From a virus, in IMG/VR virus record IMGVR_UViG_3300025892_002699: a stretch of 64,000 nt of DNA. The stretch is one strand, 5' to 3'. Below are positions 9,373 to 18,665 of this stretch, piece by piece (position 1 is the stretch's first letter; each line of letters starts with the position of its first letter). The position numbers and the translations under genes are program-made. The notes below the pieces were generated by a model. It was not told where the DNA came from. It worked only from the letters and a program-made list of their open reading frames with translations, and searched no databases.

Positions 9373-9991
9373 TTAAAAAGTCTCCTGGCCACTCTGCATA
9401 ATTGGTTCTAATAGTTTCTTTGTACAATTCGTGAGTGTCTAATTGGTTGTTCATTATAAATTTATCAAATCTATCTGTTCTTATCAATGGTTTTAGATAT
9501 TTTATGTCAAGATATCTGTTGTCATTGTCTGTGCAACCATATAAATCCATACAGTGTGCTTCATTGTTATCATCAAAGTAAAAAGTATGAGGGTACATGT
9601 TAATTTTGTATATGTTTTGCTGTTCTAAATCTTGTTTTATTTGTTTAATTTTTTCTTTCCAATTGGGTATGTTGTCTATCTGATTGGTTTCAATCAAAAC
9701 ATTAAGATTTTTATTGTACCATTTGAATTTAATTTCTCTTTTAGCATAATCAATATCTAATAATTCTGGAATATATTTTGTGTCTTTTAATTTTGAAAGA
9801 TATACCACTTCTTGATCAAACCAGAAGTTGTATAATTCTTCATTCATAGATTCATTCTCAAAATAGTCGTTTGGATTCCAATTCATACAGAACACAGTGT
9901 TGTCTTCGCTGACAAGCGGTTGGTAAAGCATATTCGCCACAGCGAGTCCTTGTTTATGTTTATAAAAATGCTTCCAATTAGGCATACACAA
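9365..9991 (-). CDS. Protein-kinase-fold-like protein with degenerate catalytic loop
   Basis: QEVVYL..YIPELL; LEQQNIYKINMYPHTFYFD...CMDLYG; paralogue of 3690-4376. Confidence 0.45.
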   Translation of the reverse strand: MCMPNWKHFYKHKQGLAVANMLYQPLVSEDNTVFCMNWNPNDYFENESMNEELYNFWFDQEVVYLSKLKDTKYIPELLDIDYAKREIKFKWYNKNLNVLIETNQIDNIPNWKEKIKQIKQDLEQQNIYKINMYPHTFYFDDNNEAHCMDLYGCTDNDNRYLDIKYLKPLIRTDRFDKFIMNNQLDTHELYKETIRTNYAEWPGDFLNA

Positions 9992-10655
9992 TATCTATTT
10001 TAAATCCACAAATTTGTTGCATCTTTAAAAGTTCATTTATTTTTGATCCATCACACAAAAATTTAATTGTGTGTTCATTAATTCTAGCAAAGGCATCTAT
10101 TGATTGTTCTTTTGCTAATCTGTTGAGCAGTATTGAAAAAGAACTGTCAAAAAGATATCTTAAATTGTACACAGGATCGGTTGATGTCATAACAACCTGT
10201 CTTGGATCATTCATCATACGGTTACTTTGCAATCTCTTGCGTATTACCAATTGATATCTGTTCTTGTATCCATAATTAGACGCTGAATGAAGCATTCCTG
10301 CGTTCATCAAGTACACTGTGTTGTCTGGTTTACTAGAATACATTGTTTCATTTTCAATATCATGAAGAAAACTTTGTTCTGCATCTAGTGTGACATGATA
10401 TCTGTCATCTACATCAGCATGAACCGAATAACTTTTGCCGGGTGCCATTACAATTACTCTTGCTTCACCGTGATCTGGCAACTGTTTCAATAAATCTTCA
10501 ATGGCAGTGCCTTTATATTCTGGTAACACCTCCCAAGGATCATAAAAAAAGTCTCCTGTAGGTTTGTTCAAAGTATTTTTACCTTCTGGTAAATGCTTTA
10601 CTAAATCAAATAATATTTTGGAATTGGTTTTGGTATCTAATTTTTTTAACATCAT
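9978..10655 (-). CDS. Asp/Asn beta-hydroxylase-like 2OG-Fe(II) oxygenase with C-terminal extension
   Basis: ARVIVMAPGKSYSVHADVDDRYH...HSASN...RYQLV. Confidence 0.7.
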   Translation of the reverse strand: MMLKKLDTKTNSKILFDLVKHLPEGKNTLNKPTGDFFYDPWEVLPEYKGTAIEDLLKQLPDHGEARVIVMAPGKSYSVHADVDDRYHVTLDAEQSFLHDIENETMYSSKPDNTVYLMNAGMLHSASNYGYKNRYQLVIRKRLQSNRMMNDPRQVVMTSTDPVYNLRYLFDSSFSILLNRLAKEQSIDAFARINEHTIKFLCDGSKINELLKMQQICGFKIDIVYA

Positions 10656-10658
10656 TTG

Positions 10659-10702
10659 TACTTATCGTAAATTATAATGTGCGTAGTTAATAGCGATAAA
10701 TA
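10659..10702. promoter_or_regulatory. Divergent control region: TAAGTA (-, 10659-10664), 18-bp quasi-palindrome ATAATGTGCGTAGTTAAT (10674-10691), TAAATA (+, 10697-10702)
   Basis: Read directly from the sequence; the 18-mer recurs at 50973, 56873 and 63466. Confidence 0.55.
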
Positions 10703-10715
10703 GAAATGTCCATAT

Positions 10716-11522
10716 ATGTCCAATTTAGAAAATATAAGATCTCTATACCAATCTAGTGCCTATCATGATATCCTTCATGATGTAAATGGAGTAATATTTC
10801 CTTTCAATCCTGAATGGAAAAATATTGGTATCAGTGTGAGCGGTGGTGCAGACAGTGCCTTAATGAGTGTGCTGTTGTGCAGTATTATATCTCAATTGAA
10901 ATCTAACACCAATGTACACATCATAACCAATATAAGATGTTGGAAAACCAGACCTTGGCAAAAACAAAACAGTTTGAATGTGTTCAATTGGATTACTAAT
11001 TCTTTTCCTAACATACAATTTAAAAGACATGAAAATTTTATTGCTCCTGATTTAGAATGGGGATCAATAGGACCTAACATACAGGATGAATATGGCAAAT
11101 TAAAAAGCGGAAATCAAATAGAATTAAGAGCACACGCAGAATATGTGGCTCATACAGAAAATTTAGATGCTTGGTACTGTGGTGTGACCAAGAATCCAGA
11201 CAAAGAATTTGATGGTCGTCTATTGGATCGAGACATCGAAGATGTTACATTAGACAGACTGATCAAAACACACATGGGCGGCTTGGCTTGTCACCCTTTC
11301 ACACACGTTCAAAAAGATTGGATAGTTGCTCAATATAAAAAATTAGGCATAATGGACCTATTTGATCTTACAAGAAGTTGTGAAGGTGATAATCAGACAT
11401 ATCCTGAAATCTTTGGAGACTTAGATTACAAGACATATGTTTCAGGGTCGCCTGTGCCAGTGTGTGGTAAATGTTTTTGGTGTAAAGAACGAGAATGGGG
11501 AGTTAGCAAATGTCAAGACTGA
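10716..11522 (+). CDS. QueC-like PP-loop ATPase (adenine nucleotide alpha-hydrolase family)
   Basis: ISVSGGADSA PP-loop; TRSC...CGKCFWCKER zinc-binding C-terminus as in QueC. Confidence 0.7.
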   Translation: MSNLENIRSLYQSSAYHDILHDVNGVIFPFNPEWKNIGISVSGGADSALMSVLLCSIISQLKSNTNVHIITNIRCWKTRPWQKQNSLNVFNWITNSFPNIQFKRHENFIAPDLEWGSIGPNIQDEYGKLKSGNQIELRAHAEYVAHTENLDAWYCGVTKNPDKEFDGRLLDRDIEDVTLDRLIKTHMGGLACHPFTHVQKDWIVAQYKKLGIMDLFDLTRSCEGDNQTYPEIFGDLDYKTYVSGSPVPVCGKCFWCKEREWGVSKCQD

Positions 11523-12127
11523 TAACTTTTGGTTGTTCGTATGCTTATGGCACAGGATTACCTGACTGTAACAATTGGATGTTTGATAAACTGCATAATC
11601 TAAAACCCAGCAAATTAGGATGGGCAAGTTTATTGGCTAACAAAATGAAAGTTGAATGTGTGAACGAATCTTTTCCAGGATCAAGCAACACAGAAATACT
11701 GTACAATGTTTTAAAATTTGATTACAAACCTAATGACACTGTGGTTGTTATGTGGACACACTTTGTGAGAGACATGCTGTTTAATTTTCCTCATAAATTT
11801 CCTTTCTTTAGAGATAGATTAGGTCCTTGGGCAAAAACAAATCAAGAACGCAAATGGGCAGAGTATTTGAGTGAAAAAGATTATGCAATGAAAAGTTGGT
11901 TCAATATACAACATGCAGATTTACATCTACAAAAACAAGGTGTAAATTATATTCATTATCCTGCGACACCTGAAGAATTAAATAAAAACAAATTAGAATT
12001 TATACAAGTAGAAAACTATCATAGCGATGGTATCGTGTACTTGGACACAGCAACAGACGATATGCACCCTGGAGAAAAAACAAATCAACTGTTGTGCGAA
12101 TCAATATATAGGAGATTACATGACTGA
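11510..12127 (+). CDS. SGNH/GDSL hydrolase-like protein
   Basis: FGCSYAYG (block I), PGSSN (block II), DDMHPG (DxxH, block V). Confidence 0.7.
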   Translation: MSRLITFGCSYAYGTGLPDCNNWMFDKLHNLKPSKLGWASLLANKMKVECVNESFPGSSNTEILYNVLKFDYKPNDTVVVMWTHFVRDMLFNFPHKFPFFRDRLGPWAKTNQERKWAEYLSEKDYAMKSWFNIQHADLHLQKQGVNYIHYPATPEELNKNKLEFIQVENYHSDGIVYLDTATDDMHPGEKTNQLLCESIYRRLHD

Positions 12128-13538
12128 TAGCAACGAGTATTGGCAAAATCCTAAAGACACCCAGTTGGGTAAATGGCAAAAAGAACTTGAATCTGTATCA
12201 GGCAGTTCTACGTTTTGTATTCTACCATGGATACATTTTGCTACCAGACCCAATGGAGATATGAGATTGTGTTGCTCAGCAAACGCCAGCGGTGCTGGTA
12301 CCGACCACGAAGTGGGACTGGTTAAAAAGGAAGATGGCACTCCTGCAAACTTTGGCAAGGACACTCCTATGGAAGCATGGAACAACGATTACATGAAATC
12401 AGTGCGTACAACTATGATGAATGGCAAAGTACCTGCCAGTTGTAGCAAATGTTTTCAAGAAGAAAAAGTAGGTGTTGTGAGTAAACGTATATGGGAAACT
12501 GGTACGTGGTACAAAGATGGAGTTGATATACCCGAGTTACTGCGTCAAACTAAAGAAGATGGCACAGTGCCTGAACAATTAATGTATCTGGATCTAAGAC
12601 TTGGACACACTTGTAATATCAAATGTGTGATGTGTTCTCCGCATGACAGTTCAAAATGGGTTAAGGATTGGCAACAGTTGATGCCTCAATTAAAAGATAA
12701 AACTGTAAAAGATCAATTACAATGGAATAAAAAAGAATTCAATAACAAATGGCATGAAAAAGATACGTTCTGGCAAGAGATGTACGCACAGATTCCTAAT
12801 CTTAAACAGGTTTATTTTGCAGGCGGTGAGCCTTTAATGATTAAAGAACACAAACAGTTTATTGAAGAAATTATCAGACAAGGCTATCAAGATAAAATAT
12901 TGTTGCGTTACAACTCTAATGGCTTGTTAGTGGATGAAGATTTAATCCAATTGTGGAGCAAGTTTAGAAAAGTTAAATTTGCTGTCAGCATGGATGCCAT
13001 GGGCAAACGTGATGAGTACATACGTTTTCCTACAAATTTTGATACAGTGGAAAAAACTTTACACATGCTGGATAACACGCCAGACAATATTCAAACCAGT
13101 TTAGCCACAGCAATACAAATTTTCAACATCAAACACTTGCCCGACTTTATGAAATGGAAAGTGCAAAGTGGTTTTAAAAAGTTAAATGAAGGCACTGTGC
13201 CTGGTGGAGTACAAATGGGAGGTGGATTAGTGAACATGCACCTATTGTATATTCCAACATTCTTAAGCATACAGATATTGCCTAAAGAAGACAAACAAGA
13301 AGTTGAAGAAAGATTTATGGACTTTAAAGACTGGCTATGGAAAAATTATAGACAAGATGATGAGTATTGGAAACACAATCCTTATGGTTGGCGTCGTTGG
13401 GAGGCTGTGTTAAAACATATGAATCAAAATGATCACAGTAATCTACTTCCAGGATTCAAAGAATATGTTACAAAATTAGATGCCATAAGAGGCATAGATG
13501 CAAAATCTATATTTCCTGAATTGGAGCATTTATTATGA
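12120..13538 (+). CDS. Radical SAM enzyme with N-terminal SPASM/twitch-like domain
   Basis: FCILPW..RLCC...CSKC N-terminus; GHTCNIKCVMC; FAGGEPL; NSNG; start reassigned to ATG 12120 after a GGAG RBS. Confidence 0.85.
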   Translation: MTDSNEYWQNPKDTQLGKWQKELESVSGSSTFCILPWIHFATRPNGDMRLCCSANASGAGTDHEVGLVKKEDGTPANFGKDTPMEAWNNDYMKSVRTTMMNGKVPASCSKCFQEEKVGVVSKRIWETGTWYKDGVDIPELLRQTKEDGTVPEQLMYLDLRLGHTCNIKCVMCSPHDSSKWVKDWQQLMPQLKDKTVKDQLQWNKKEFNNKWHEKDTFWQEMYAQIPNLKQVYFAGGEPLMIKEHKQFIEEIIRQGYQDKILLRYNSNGLLVDEDLIQLWSKFRKVKFAVSMDAMGKRDEYIRFPTNFDTVEKTLHMLDNTPDNIQTSLATAIQIFNIKHLPDFMKWKVQSGFKKLNEGTVPGGVQMGGGLVNMHLLYIPTFLSIQILPKEDKQEVEERFMDFKDWLWKNYRQDDEYWKHNPYGWRRWEAVLKHMNQNDHSNLLPGFKEYVTKLDAIRGIDAKSIFPELEHLL

Positions 13539-14497
13539 ACGTAGTACAAGTATGGAATCCCCAACCTAAAGAAGTGTTGCGTATAGAATTTATGATCGGT
13601 AACACTTGTAATTTTTCTTGTTGGTACTGTTTCGAAGGTTCACATGAAGGCACTCACAGATGGACAGATGACATGGATCAATTGGTGCTAAATTTTAAAC
13701 ATCTATTTCAAAAATACAGAGCAGTAGGCAAAACAAAACTGGAACTGCACATTGTGGGAGGAGAACCTACATTGTGGCCTAGACTAGGTGAGTTTGTAAC
13801 AGAAATCAGAAAAGAAATACCTTCATACATCACAATCAGTTCCAATGGTAGTAGAACTGTGAGATGGTGGCGCAAGTATGGTGAAGTGTTTGACAAAATT
13901 TTATTGAGTGCTCATTGGAAACAATGTGACGTGCCACATTTTATTGAAGTGGCAGACACACTGCATGAACTGGATAGAAGTCCTAACGCAATGGTTTTGA
14001 TGGATCCAACTCAATGGGACGTGTGTTTAGGCTTGATTGATAAATTTAAAAAAAGTAAACATGATTGGTTTATAAGTGCTATGGAAGTGATGCATCGCAC
14101 AATCACTTACACCGACGAACAAAAAGCATTCGTCGCCAAACCCACAAAAAGAAGACCTAGTCTATGGCATTTATGGACACACAGAAAACATTTAAAAAGT
14201 GAACCCACTATTAAGTTTGAAGATGGATCAAAGAAACAGGTTAATCGCAATTGGCTTGTATTGAACAAGCAAAATGACTTCCGAGGTTGGATGTGTAATA
14301 TAGGAGTAGACAGCATGATGATTGATCCTGCTGGTCTGATAACAAGTGCTTGTAGAACTAGTCTGTTTGAAGATTACAACATATATGATCCAGACTTTGT
14401 GACAAAATTTAATCCTGATATCAAACCAAAAATTTGTGACAAACGCAACACTTGTATGTGTCAGCCTGAAAGTTTATTGGATAAAGTTAAACTTTAG
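13535..14497 (+). CDS. Radical SAM enzyme with C-terminal Cys-rich (SPASM/twitch-like) domain
   Basis: GNTCNFSCWYC; GGEPTL; SSNGSR; GWMCNIG...AC...C....CMC. Confidence 0.85.
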   Translation: MNVVQVWNPQPKEVLRIEFMIGNTCNFSCWYCFEGSHEGTHRWTDDMDQLVLNFKHLFQKYRAVGKTKLELHIVGGEPTLWPRLGEFVTEIRKEIPSYITISSNGSRTVRWWRKYGEVFDKILLSAHWKQCDVPHFIEVADTLHELDRSPNAMVLMDPTQWDVCLGLIDKFKKSKHDWFISAMEVMHRTITYTDEQKAFVAKPTKRRPSLWHLWTHRKHLKSEPTIKFEDGSKKQVNRNWLVLNKQNDFRGWMCNIGVDSMMIDPAGLITSACRTSLFEDYNIYDPDFVTKFNPDIKPKICDKRNTCMCQPESLLDKVKL

Positions 14498-15383
14498 ATT
14501 TTGTAATATTAATATCTGCGGCACATGTACACCATTCACGTGTACAGTCAATTGATTCAGTAGGTTGAACAAACGTACCTTCATAGATATTTCCGATAGG
14601 TCCTCCCACTCTACAAGTGGCTCTATGCACTTCTCCGTCCCAATTGATCATTAAACTTTCCAATCCTGCATTGCATTTCCAGCCTTTGAATTGATTTGTT
14701 TTTTCAATCAGCAAGTCGTTTGTGTTGCAAGATTCTGTTTCGTCTATCAATGTGTTGTGTGGGGGATTATGATTTTGTGCCACCAAAAAATCTTTTTCTT
14801 CTGCAGAGTAACGTTCCATATCTTCAAAAATATCATGCGTTTCTGTCCAACGAATTGGACGTAGAGCATAGTTTATTCCTGCTTCTTTTAGGCGTCTACA
14901 AGCGTCAGAGACGTCATCTAACTGCCCTGGTAACATCATTACGTGTGCTAGTATATTTTTATTTTTTGTTTGTTGTGCGACGTTTAAAACGGTTTCTATC
15001 ACCTTTTGGTAGTCGTATTCGAAGTGTATAGAGAACACAATATGGTTTATCAGTCTATCCAAAATATCTATGTAGAACTCTGCAGTTCTTGTTCCGTTTG
15101 TGGTCACATTTAACCAAGACACTTTTGGTTTAGCATACTCCAATAGTTCTAAAATTTTTGGATGCACACAAGGTTCTCCACCTGTAAAACTGATTCGCAT
15201 GTTGTTGATTTTGGAAAGTTCATCCACAGCATTTTTTAAAATGTCAATGTCTGTGTGAGGACTTGTATTGTCATGTATCACTGCTGGACAATAAGAACAA
15301 TCGTAATTGCATCTTTTTCCAAGATTCCATTCAACTTTTACACTCTGTTGTATGTGAGGATATAGATGTTCAACTTTAAACAT
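14487..15383 (-). CDS. Radical SAM enzyme with C-terminal Cys-rich domain
   Basis: GKRCNYDCSYC; TGGEP; TTNGTR; GWKCNAG...TC...CTREWCTC. Confidence 0.85.
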   Translation of the reverse strand: MFKVEHLYPHIQQSVKVEWNLGKRCNYDCSYCPAVIHDNTSPHTDIDILKNAVDELSKINNMRISFTGGEPCVHPKILELLEYAKPKVSWLNVTTNGTRTAEFYIDILDRLINHIVFSIHFEYDYQKVIETVLNVAQQTKNKNILAHVMMLPGQLDDVSDACRRLKEAGINYALRPIRWTETHDIFEDMERYSAEEKDFLVAQNHNPPHNTLIDETESCNTNDLLIEKTNQFKGWKCNAGLESLMINWDGEVHRATCRVGGPIGNIYEGTFVQPTESIDCTREWCTCAADINITKSKV

Positions 15384-16650
15384 AATCTTGAAACTCCGGA
15401 TTTATTTTTTCAAACGGTCCTTGGTTTCTTGTTAGATCAAGTTTTCTGTTAAAGTCTACGCAATCTTGCCAATATTGATTAAGGTCTTTTGCTTGTAAAA
15501 AATTAATGTTATCTTGTATTTGTTGTTGTGTAATTTTTTCCAATACTGGGTGTTGTTTTACTATTTCATAATCTTTAATCTTAGGTTTCATTGCCTCTAA
15601 TTTTGCTACCACTTGATCTTTTAATGCTTTGGGTAGAACCTGTGCCGATAATGCTCTAGGATAATTTACTCTGTGACTGTAAAACACAATCTTCATATCA
15701 TTTAAAAAATAGTCAATCACTTTGTCTATTTGTAGAATATTGTTTGCTTGTACAGTAAAAGCACCCACGATTCGACTGACTGTTGGAATCTTTTTCATTT
15801 CTTTAATATTGTATTCAACATCCGAAAACTTTCCATTACCTCGAATGTATTCATATATGTCATGCAATCCGTCTATGCTTACATTGACAGCAACACTTTT
15901 AAACTTGGGCCAATAGTCATGCACTGTTCTTCCGCCTTTGATTCCTAATTTAGTGCCGTTGGTTGCATATTTTATTTCAATGTTATCTCCATTCTTGGAT
16001 AACAAATCTAATATTTTATAATGCACAGGATCCATTAACGGTTCTCCACCTGCAAATTCTACACGTCTAAAGTAAGGTAAAAGTTTTTCAAGGTTTTCCC
16101 AAAAATGATCTTTATCTTCAAATATTCCTACATAAGGTGCTTTCGTTAATCCTAAATTTTCAACAGCGTCTACTAGATAGTTTCCTTCTTTTTTGTAATG
16201 ATCAACAATAGACGTCCAATCTTTCCATTGAGTAGAATCTAAAGGATTACACATTCTACATTTTAAATTGCATAAGTTATTAATTTTAATTTCTATTGTG
16301 GGCAATTCAAACGGCATTGAATAATCATCGTTAAGTTTGTCTAATGCATTTGGGTATAAATTAATTCTAGATTCCGGAGATGAATCAGTAATATGTCTTT
16401 GACGCAGACTTTGTACTCCTTGATCTTCTAAATCAAAACAAGGTTCACACACATCTGGACGTTCATCGTTTAACACTTGACGTCTTACATCTTTCATTTT
16501 GTCAGAGTTCCATGCTTCTTCCAGACTCATGTCTTTTATATTGCCTATAGGAAGACTACGACAGCAAACTTTAATTGCTCCGTCTTCTCTAGTAGCCAAT
16601 CCTGTGAAAGGATGCATACAAAAAGTACAACTGTTTTTATTTTTCTTCAT
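15376..16650 (-). CDS. Radical SAM enzyme with N-terminal SPASM/twitch-like domain
   Basis: FCMHPF..KVCC...CEPC; NNLCNLKCRMC; FAGGEPL; ATNG; start likely ATG 16650. Confidence 0.85.
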   Translation of the reverse strand: MKKNKNSCTFCMHPFTGLATREDGAIKVCCRSLPIGNIKDMSLEEAWNSDKMKDVRRQVLNDERPDVCEPCFDLEDQGVQSLRQRHITDSSPESRINLYPNALDKLNDDYSMPFELPTIEIKINNLCNLKCRMCNPLDSTQWKDWTSIVDHYKKEGNYLVDAVENLGLTKAPYVGIFEDKDHFWENLEKLLPYFRRVEFAGGEPLMDPVHYKILDLLSKNGDNIEIKYATNGTKLGIKGGRTVHDYWPKFKSVAVNVSIDGLHDIYEYIRGNGKFSDVEYNIKEMKKIPTVSRIVGAFTVQANNILQIDKVIDYFLNDMKIVFYSHRVNYPRALSAQVLPKALKDQVVAKLEAMKPKIKDYEIVKQHPVLEKITQQQIQDNINFLQAKDLNQYWQDCVDFNRKLDLTRNQGPFEKINPEFQDYV

Positions 16651-18022
16651 CTTCTTCCCAAGGATCTTTGGGATTACTCCAATCTTTTCCAAAACGCCAC
16701 ATAGGCGCTTTTAAGGTTTCAATATCTACTTCATAGAAATCTTCAATAGGTCCTGCATCAATGTCATATTCTACAAAACCTGACCATGCATGTTGAGACA
16801 CTATTAATTGTATTTTATCGTATTTTTCTTTAAGCAATCTTATCAATTGATTCTGTTTGAATACTCGTTGCTTGGTTGGGACAAACGGCACTGTTGGCTC
16901 ATAAGCAAATATGTTACTGATGTTGAAGATAACATTTCGATCATTTTTTGGGTTGATTGTGAATTCATTTAACAAATCGCACTCAACAAATTTAAATTTA
17001 ATTTTATCTTTAATGTGCCAAAGATGTCTAAAAGTTTCAAAATGTTCCGCTACTTCTAATTTAGAATTTAACCAGTCTGGTGTTTTGTGTCTATTACAAG
17101 ATTGTAAAAATTTATGATAATCCCCGCCATCAAATTTTTGTATTGTTTGTTCCATGTAGTACAATGCGTTAGGATTGTAATCATAAAACACAACTTCAGT
17201 ACCTTCGTCATAACCATGTTTTTCCAGATACAATAACCAGTTAAATCCACTGGCAGGTGTTATTAATTGTTTAAGTGTGCCTGTGTGGACAGACTGTAAT
17301 TCTTCTGTATTGATTGGGTAAAACAATCTATTCGCACTTTGATTATATTTTTTAAATATCTGTTTACTGTTTTCATTGAAGTCTGTTTCATGTACAGCAT
17401 AATAACATTTTTTACTGGCACGTATTGCTTCATCAAACACTATAATGTTTTCTTTATTGTCCAGTGCAGTTCTAATAATGTTCCATCCATGCCATTTGTG
17501 TTTGTACGTTTTAAGTTCATTGCCGGGTTTTACCCATAAAGGCGTATAATCATCATGGAAATTTTCATCACTCCTGATTGGTTCTGTACTAAAATGTTCT
17601 GAGTTTCGTTCAAGATCACCTATTGTAGGTAATTCTAATTCTTTATGTTTTTTTAAATTGATCACATAACATTGTTCATGAAGTTCATAGTATCCGTCTT
17701 TTCTATCTAACACATGACCGGCTATATAAAAATCTTGTTCAATCAGTTTGTGTAAATGTTTGAAGAATGCACCGCCCTGAAATTCTGTGTCAGGAGTAAA
17801 CACCACAGCATAATCATAATCATCAACCATCTTGGCTATGGTGGCATCTTCAGATATTGAAATCTGTACATCATATCCCATTGTGTTTAAATTTCCAATT
17901 TGGTATTCAGTGATGTTTTGAATTAATTCTTTTGCTGAAACATTTTTAATTGCGTGTAAATTAGTTTCAAGAATAAAAACTATATTGTGTTTTTTATGCT
18001 GTGCATTATAATCGAACGCCAT
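16637..18022 (-). CDS. Two-domain hypothetical protein (possible GT-like N-terminus plus SAM-binding Rossmann-like C-terminus)
   Basis: 461 aa; C-half has ITPASGFN..VVFYDYNPNAL..FVECDLL..FNISNIF, resembling class I methyltransferase motifs. Confidence 0.4.
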   Translation of the reverse strand: MAFDYNAQHKKHNIVFILETNLHAIKNVSAKELIQNITEYQIGNLNTMGYDVQISISEDATIAKMVDDYDYAVVFTPDTEFQGGAFFKHLHKLIEQDFYIAGHVLDRKDGYYELHEQCYVINLKKHKELELPTIGDLERNSEHFSTEPIRSDENFHDDYTPLWVKPGNELKTYKHKWHGWNIIRTALDNKENIIVFDEAIRASKKCYYAVHETDFNENSKQIFKKYNQSANRLFYPINTEELQSVHTGTLKQLITPASGFNWLLYLEKHGYDEGTEVVFYDYNPNALYYMEQTIQKFDGGDYHKFLQSCNRHKTPDWLNSKLEVAEHFETFRHLWHIKDKIKFKFVECDLLNEFTINPKNDRNVIFNISNIFAYEPTVPFVPTKQRVFKQNQLIRLLKEKYDKIQLIVSQHAWSGFVEYDIDAGPIEDFYEVDIETLKAPMWRFGKDWSNPKDPWEEDEEK

Positions 18023-18665
18023 ACTTTTTTATACTCCTATCTAATAATGTGTTAAATTCAGTTCTTTTGTTGCCAATGTGTGCTTGAGCAATCATGTGTA
18101 TTCTTTCAACATTGGCGTTGTTTATTACTTGATGATCTTTTAATATATTAAGTAAAAATACTTTGCCATGTCTAAAAGGCACAAGACCGTGATCTTTAAT
18201 TTCCATATAACATAGAGCAGGGTGTAAAATAGCAACATTGATAGGAATCAGATATTCGCACAAATCTTCTGGCAATTCATGTCCTGGATTATCATTGTGC
18301 CAATCAATTCTTCCAGCAGGATCCAATTTCATAAATCTTATTCTACTGTATCTTTCAGCAGGAAATTTATCCCAAAACATTTTTACTGCCGGAGTCTCCT
18401 GTGACAACTGTGTCCATTTGTATGGAGCATTTAACTCATCATCATAACCATATTCTTTTGCCACCTGTGTTTTATCAATCCCCAATCCATGCAGACAACA
18501 ACTGCTCCATCCTTTGTGTGATTCATTCTCTCTGTGAGGCACATAATGTTTGTCCACTTTTGCTAATTCTTTGTCATCAACATACGGATTAAAATCCATA
18601 TCTAGTTCCAACCACGGCAGTGTACCGTCTTTGAATTTGTCAAAAACTCTAGTTGCTGTATCCAT
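18006..18665 (-). CDS. Asp/Asn beta-hydroxylase-like 2OG-Fe(II) oxygenase
   Basis: RIRFMKLDPAGRIDWHND...HQVINNANVERIHMI. Confidence 0.75.
   Translation of the reverse strand: MDTATRVFDKFKDGTLPWLELDMDFNPYVDDKELAKVDKHYVPHRENESHKGWSSCCLHGLGIDKTQVAKEYGYDDELNAPYKWTQLSQETPAVKMFWDKFPAERYSRIRFMKLDPAGRIDWHNDNPGHELPEDLCEYLIPINVAILHPALCYMEIKDHGLVPFRHGKVFLLNILKDHQVINNANVERIHMIAQAHIGNKRTEFNTLLDRSIKKYGVRL

Noticed and set aside
12027-12119. Track start of the 503-aa radical SAM at 12027 (also starts at 16692, 56871, 60569 and 8412)
   Set aside because: These extend into upstream genes or promoters; downstream ATGs with an RBS or coupled stops fit better
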